A DNA stretch of 63,045 nucleotides, the filler included, from a bacterium (GTDB lineage: Bacteria; JACRDZ01; JAQUKH01), in NCBI GenBank assembly GCA_028719205.1. It is 6 parts of 6 records of this genome, joined end to end, with 100 filler letters (N's around TTAATTAATTAA, not from the genome) between each part and the next. Parts side by side here need not be neighbours in the genome. Positions count along the whole stretch, not along the records: positions 55,713 to 63,045 come from JAQUKH010000056.1; 5 more parts are not named here. One strand, written 5' to 3'. The notes beneath the pieces are model-generated. The model was not told the DNA's origin, searched no databases, and worked only from the letters and a program-made list of their open reading frames with translations. Position 1 is the first letter of the stretch, and every line of letters starts with the position of its first letter. This document shows positions 59,792-63,045 of this stretch, piece by piece. Made by a program: the position numbers and the translations under genes.

Positions 59792-60840
59792 TCCGGCACC
59801 TCACTTTCTTCAAATACTTTGTCCAGCGTCTTTTCCAATATCTTCGCGGTAATATCCAAAAGTGAGATCACTTTGGGATAAGACATTCTTTTAGGGCCGA
59901 TAACAGCCAATAAAGCTGTCGCTTTATCACCTACCCGGCAAGACGAGGTAACTAAGCTGAAATTTTCCAGTTCAATAAAATTATTTTCTTTTCCAATAAC
60001 AACCTGCGGCTCATTTTTTTTCAGATAATAATTAAATATCTTGGATAATCTTTCTTTTGAATCCAATAAAGAAAAAAATGACTTTAAATTTTCTATCTCA
60101 TGGAATTCAGGCTGATCAAAAACATTAATGTCTCCTGAAGAGTAAATCGGTTCATTTTCTTCCTTCTTTTTTATATCTGAAAGTATACGCGCTAATTCCT
60201 TAAATACATAACGGCCTTCCTCATCGGAATAATTTTCTTTTAACAGGATATCTCTCGCGTCCATAATTCCGGATCCCATCAAATTCTCATGCATCCACTC
60301 GTTCCACTGATGAACATTCTGGACATCTACATCTCTTTTTACTACGATCACTTTATCTTTAACCTGAATGATATCCGTAACGAGAACTACCAGGATCTTC
60401 CTTTTACCCAGAAGTATGAATTCCACGTGGCGGAGTTTAACTTTCCCCTCAGTTGGAATAAATACCAAACTAGTATAATGCGTGATCCCCGAAATTATCT
60501 CTGATGCTTTTTTTATTATATCGTTCACATCAGAAGAATGGATGCTTTTAAGGGATGAAAGATATTTTATGTCTTTTTTCCTTAACTCAGGCTTTTCCAT
60601 CAGCTGATCCACATAAAATCTGTATCCTTTATCCGTAGGAATCCTGCCGGCCGAAGTATAAGGCTGCCAGATATATTCCAATTCCTCCAGCCCGGCCATA
60701 ATAACCCTTATTGAGGCCGAGCTTAATTTCGAACCGCAACAATCCACTAATTTATTTGAGGCGATCGGCTTGCCCGTCTCAATATAATTCTGGACTATTG
60801 CCTTTAATACTTTTTCCTGTTTCTTTTCAAGTTTTTCCAT
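59788..60840 (-). CDS. hrcA: Heat-inducible transcription repressor
   Basis: VLKAIVQNYIETGKPIAS, SSASIR, SAGRIPTDKGYRFYVD, IGPKRMSY. ATG at 60840 has a GAGG RBS; 60855 is an alternative start. Confidence 0.96.
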   Translation of the reverse strand: MEKLEKKQEKVLKAIVQNYIETGKPIASNKLVDCCGSKLSSASIRVIMAGLEELEYIWQPYTSAGRIPTDKGYRFYVDQLMEKPELRKKDIKYLSSLKSIHSSDVNDIIKKASEIISGITHYTSLVFIPTEGKVKLRHVEFILLGKRKILVVLVTDIIQVKDKVIVVKRDVDVQNVHQWNEWMHENLMGSGIMDARDILLKENYSDEEGRYVFKELARILSDIKKKEENEPIYSSGDINVFDQPEFHEIENLKSFFSLLDSKERLSKIFNYYLKKNEPQVVIGKENNFIELENFSLVTSSCRVGDKATALLAVIGPKRMSYPKVISLLDITAKILEKTLDKVFEESEVPE

Positions 60841-60855
60841 TGCAGCAAACCTCAT

Positions 60856-60882
60856 TTAGCAGTCCCTTTCTTAGACTGCTAA
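60856..60882. promoter_or_regulatory. CIRCE operator (variant)
   Basis: TTAGCAGTC-N9-GACTGCTAA, a perfect inverted repeat, immediately upstream of hrcA. Confidence 0.9.
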
Positions 60883-60885
60883 TTT

Positions 60886-60913
60886 ATAATATCATAAACT
60901 TTTATCTTGTCAA
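60886..60913 (-). promoter_or_regulatory. sigma70 promoter of the hrcA operon
   Basis: TTGACA-16 bp-TATTAT with TGn, between the two CIRCE elements. Confidence 0.7.
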
Positions 60914-60921
60914 GAACTTTT

Positions 60922-60948
60922 TTAGCAGTCTTAAGTTATGACTGCCAG
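60922..60948. promoter_or_regulatory. Second CIRCE operator (variant)
   Basis: TTAGCAGTC-N9-GACTGCCAG. Confidence 0.82.
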
Positions 60949-61004
60949 AAGAAAAATAAAAATACGTATGGTAAAATAACTTTTTTGCTATTATAATTTA
61001 CAGA

Positions 61005-61916
61005 ATGCGCAATATAAAAATCATCCTGAATCCAAATGCCGGAAAGGCCAAAGGCATCCTCCCTGAAATTACCAATATCCTGAAAGAAAAAAACATCACT
61101 TTTGAGGTTCTTCCTACCAATTTCCCGGGTGAGGCTAAGGCCCTCGCGAAAAAGGCGTCCGAAGATAAAACAGCGGAACTGCTTCTTGTGATCGGGGGCG
61201 ACGGCACGATCAATGAGGCTGTAAATGGATTGGTAAATTCAACTCTTCCTTTGGGGATAATCCCTGCGGGAAGCCTGAATTGCGCCGCGCGGGAGATCGG
61301 CCTTTCTCCTGATCCTAAAAAGGCGGCCTGTCAGCTATTGGAAGGCAGTGTTAAAACTATTCATATAGGAAAAATTTCTTTTCTTGATAAAAATACTGAT
61401 TTTGTTTTTAAAAACGAAAAAGAACGGTATTTTCTATTAATGGCCGGGATCGGTTTTGACGCTAAGGCAGTCGCCGATTTTAATCCTAAACTTAAAAAAA
61501 TTATCGGGCCATTGGCTTACGTGTGGTCCGGATTGAAACAAATCTTTTTTGTTAAACATCCGGCTATAAAAATTGAGACAAACCAAAAAGTAGTCACCGG
61601 TTATTCCTGCATAATCAATAAATTTAAAACCTACGCGTGGTTTGATTTCGCGCCGGAGGCCGGAATTGAAAAAGATTTTTTCCAGATGTTTGTTTATACA
61701 AAAAATGACATTCTTTCGCTGATACGCTACAGTATCGGCGGAATGTTCGGATGGCACCGAAAGTTTTCAGACGTCGAATCCGGCTTGATCAGGAACGCGA
61801 AAATAACCTCCGGCAGTATAGCCTATATTCAGGCTGACGGCGAGTCGGTTGGAAAACTCCCTGTGGAAATAGCGGTCATGCCAAACGCGTTAAAAATTAT
61901 GCTGCCAAAAAAATAA
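61005..61916 (+). CDS. Diacylglycerol/lipid kinase (YegS/DgkB family)
   Basis: ILNPNAG, GGDGTINE, GIIPAGS.N, GIGFDA, QADGE. Confidence 0.93.
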   Translation: MRNIKIILNPNAGKAKGILPEITNILKEKNITFEVLPTNFPGEAKALAKKASEDKTAELLLVIGGDGTINEAVNGLVNSTLPLGIIPAGSLNCAAREIGLSPDPKKAACQLLEGSVKTIHIGKISFLDKNTDFVFKNEKERYFLLMAGIGFDAKAVADFNPKLKKIIGPLAYVWSGLKQIFFVKHPAIKIETNQKVVTGYSCIINKFKTYAWFDFAPEAGIEKDFFQMFVYTKNDILSLIRYSIGGMFGWHRKFSDVESGLIRNAKITSGSIAYIQADGESVGKLPVEIAVMPNALKIMLPKK

Positions 61917-61918
61917 GA

Positions 61919-62302
61919 TCATAAATTCTTCATGATCTTTTCCGGGATCGCCATGGGCTTGAAATTATTATCCACGCAAACAAGCTGTGTATTCGCGATA
62001 ACCAGCAGGGTGTCATGCCGCTTGGCCTCATGAATAAAATTCAGCGTAACCTTCGTTTTATCAGTGATCGTCGTAAGTATATCAAGTATATCTCCGTAGC
62101 AAGCCCTTGATTTATAATCAATATCAACATGGCGGACCACAAACATAATATTTTCTTTCACCAGTTCTTTTATGTCTATTCCCCTGTCTTTTAAAAATTC
62201 CGTCCTTGCCTCTTCAAAATATTTAAGATAATTGGCGTAGTAAACCACCCCGCCGGAATCTGTGTCATGGTAATATATTTTTTTTACTATTTTATTTGTC
62301 AT
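61919..62302 (-). CDS. ybgC: YbgC/FadM family acyl-CoA thioesterase
   Basis: IYYHDTDSGGVVYYANYLKYFEEARTE. Confidence 0.9.
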   Translation of the reverse strand: MTNKIVKKIYYHDTDSGGVVYYANYLKYFEEARTEFLKDRGIDIKELVKENIMFVVRHVDIDYKSRACYGDILDILTTITDKTKVTLNFIHEAKRHDTLLVIANTQLVCVDNNFKPMAIPEKIMKNL

Positions 62303-62432
62303 AGCCCCCCTTTACTTTTTAATTTCATTATAAATCCAAAAGTAATTTTTTAAAAGAATAAATTTAATATTTTTTTATGTAAACAATAAAAATAAGTTAT
62401 AATTGCGGTTGTTAAAAATATTTAATAAAAAT

Positions 62433-63045
62433 ATGCCTGAATTATTAAAAACAGATAAACTGAATTTAATAGAAGAAAAACTGCAGAAATGCTTTAGCTG
62501 CGGGATCTCCAGATCAAGAACTAAGCTTGTTTTCGGATCAGGGAATCCTGACGCGCGGCTTATGTTCATCGGCGAGGCACCCGGAAGGGATGAAGACCTG
62601 CAGGGTAAGCCGTTTGTGGGCCGGGCCGGGCAGTTGTTAACAAAAATAATCGAATCAATAGGCCTTAAGCGCGAAGAGGTTTATATCGCGAATATCCTCA
62701 AATGCAGGCCGCCGAATAACCGTCCGCCTGAGCCTGATGAAATAAACAACTGCGAACAGTTTTTAAAACAGCAGATAGAAATTATAAGGCCCAGGATCAT
62801 ATGCGCCCTTGGAAGAATCGCCGCTCAGTCCCTGTTAAAAACACAAACACCGATATCCAAACTCCGCGGGAATTTTTTCACTTACGAAAACATAAAATTG
62901 ATCCCGACTTACCACCCCGCTTATCTTTTAAGAAATCCGCCTGATAAAATAAAGGTCTGGGAGGATATGAAAAAAATCAAACAGGAACTGGATAACGCGC
63001 CCAAAGAAAAACCGCGTGAAGATATATTTGACCAATTGGATTTAT
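62433..63045 (+). CDS. udg: Family-4 uracil-DNA glycosylase (runs to the window end)
   Basis: Not in the ORF track. Manual translation: CFSC, MFIGEAPG..ED..G.PFVGRAG, KCRPPNNR, TYHPAYLLRNP. Confidence 0.95.
   Translation, partial: MPELLKTDKLNLIEEKLQKCFSCGISRSRTKLVFGSGNPDARLMFIGEAPGRDEDLQGKPFVGRAGQLLTKIIESIGLKREEVYIANILKCRPPNNRPPEPDEINNCEQFLKQQIEIIRPRIICALGRIAAQSLLKTQTPISKLRGNFFTYENIKLIPTYHPAYLLRNPPDKIKVWEDMKKIKQELDNAPKEKPREDIFDQLDL

Noticed and set aside
527-62569. Many short antisense or overlapping ORFs in the track (e.g. 23095-23631, 40578-41063, 44901-45359, 52440-52919)
   Set aside because: Shadow ORFs of well-supported genes, with no recognisable motifs.

Overview
The window is not one locus. 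It is six unrelated contigs joined by 100-bp N spacers carrying the all-frame-stop linker TTAATTAATTAA (13126-13225, 25860-25959, 37437-37536, 48160-48259, 55613-55712), plus two ordinary scaffold gaps (40192-40201, 45379-45478). Gene neighbourhoods are meaningful only within a segment. (A) 1-13125: minus-strand envelope/small-molecule modification cluster with two carbamoyltransferases, SxtJ- and SxtK/DUF5989-like membrane proteins, a PP-loop protein, a class-III aminotransferase, a B12-radical SAM enzyme, a Gfo/Idh/MocA oxidoreductase, EamA, a GT-C-like membrane protein and a decayed IS3 fragment. (B) 13226-25859: rnfA-rnfB and a ccsA-hemA-hemC-cobA/hemD-[NHL/decaheme cytochrome]-hemB-ahbD-hemL operon. 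(C) 25960-37436: a His-less KdpD-like tail, YceI, an LVIVD protein, DedA/PAP2, then GATase, a miniature NtrC/Fis-HTH regulator and gltBD with ANTAR-type leaders and TGC-N11-GCA boxes. (D) 37537-48159: a truncated type II-C cas9 with a divergent tracrRNA whose 5' end folds back like a single-guide RNA, cmoAB, tRNA-Thr(CGT), and an AT-rich island with an HTH repressor/operators, secreted proteins, a 33-aa repeat protein, a JAB/MPN protein and a small superfamily-A (TV-Pol-like) polymerase. (E) 48260-55612: Bacteroidota-like ispD, ruvB, MORN protein, nadA, a candidate oriC and rpiB. (F) 55713-63045: hrcA-grpE-dnaK-dnaJ-rsmE with two variant CIRCE elements, a lipid kinase, ybgC and family-4 UDG. 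No CRISPR array is visible. All calls come from reading motifs by eye; no searches were run.
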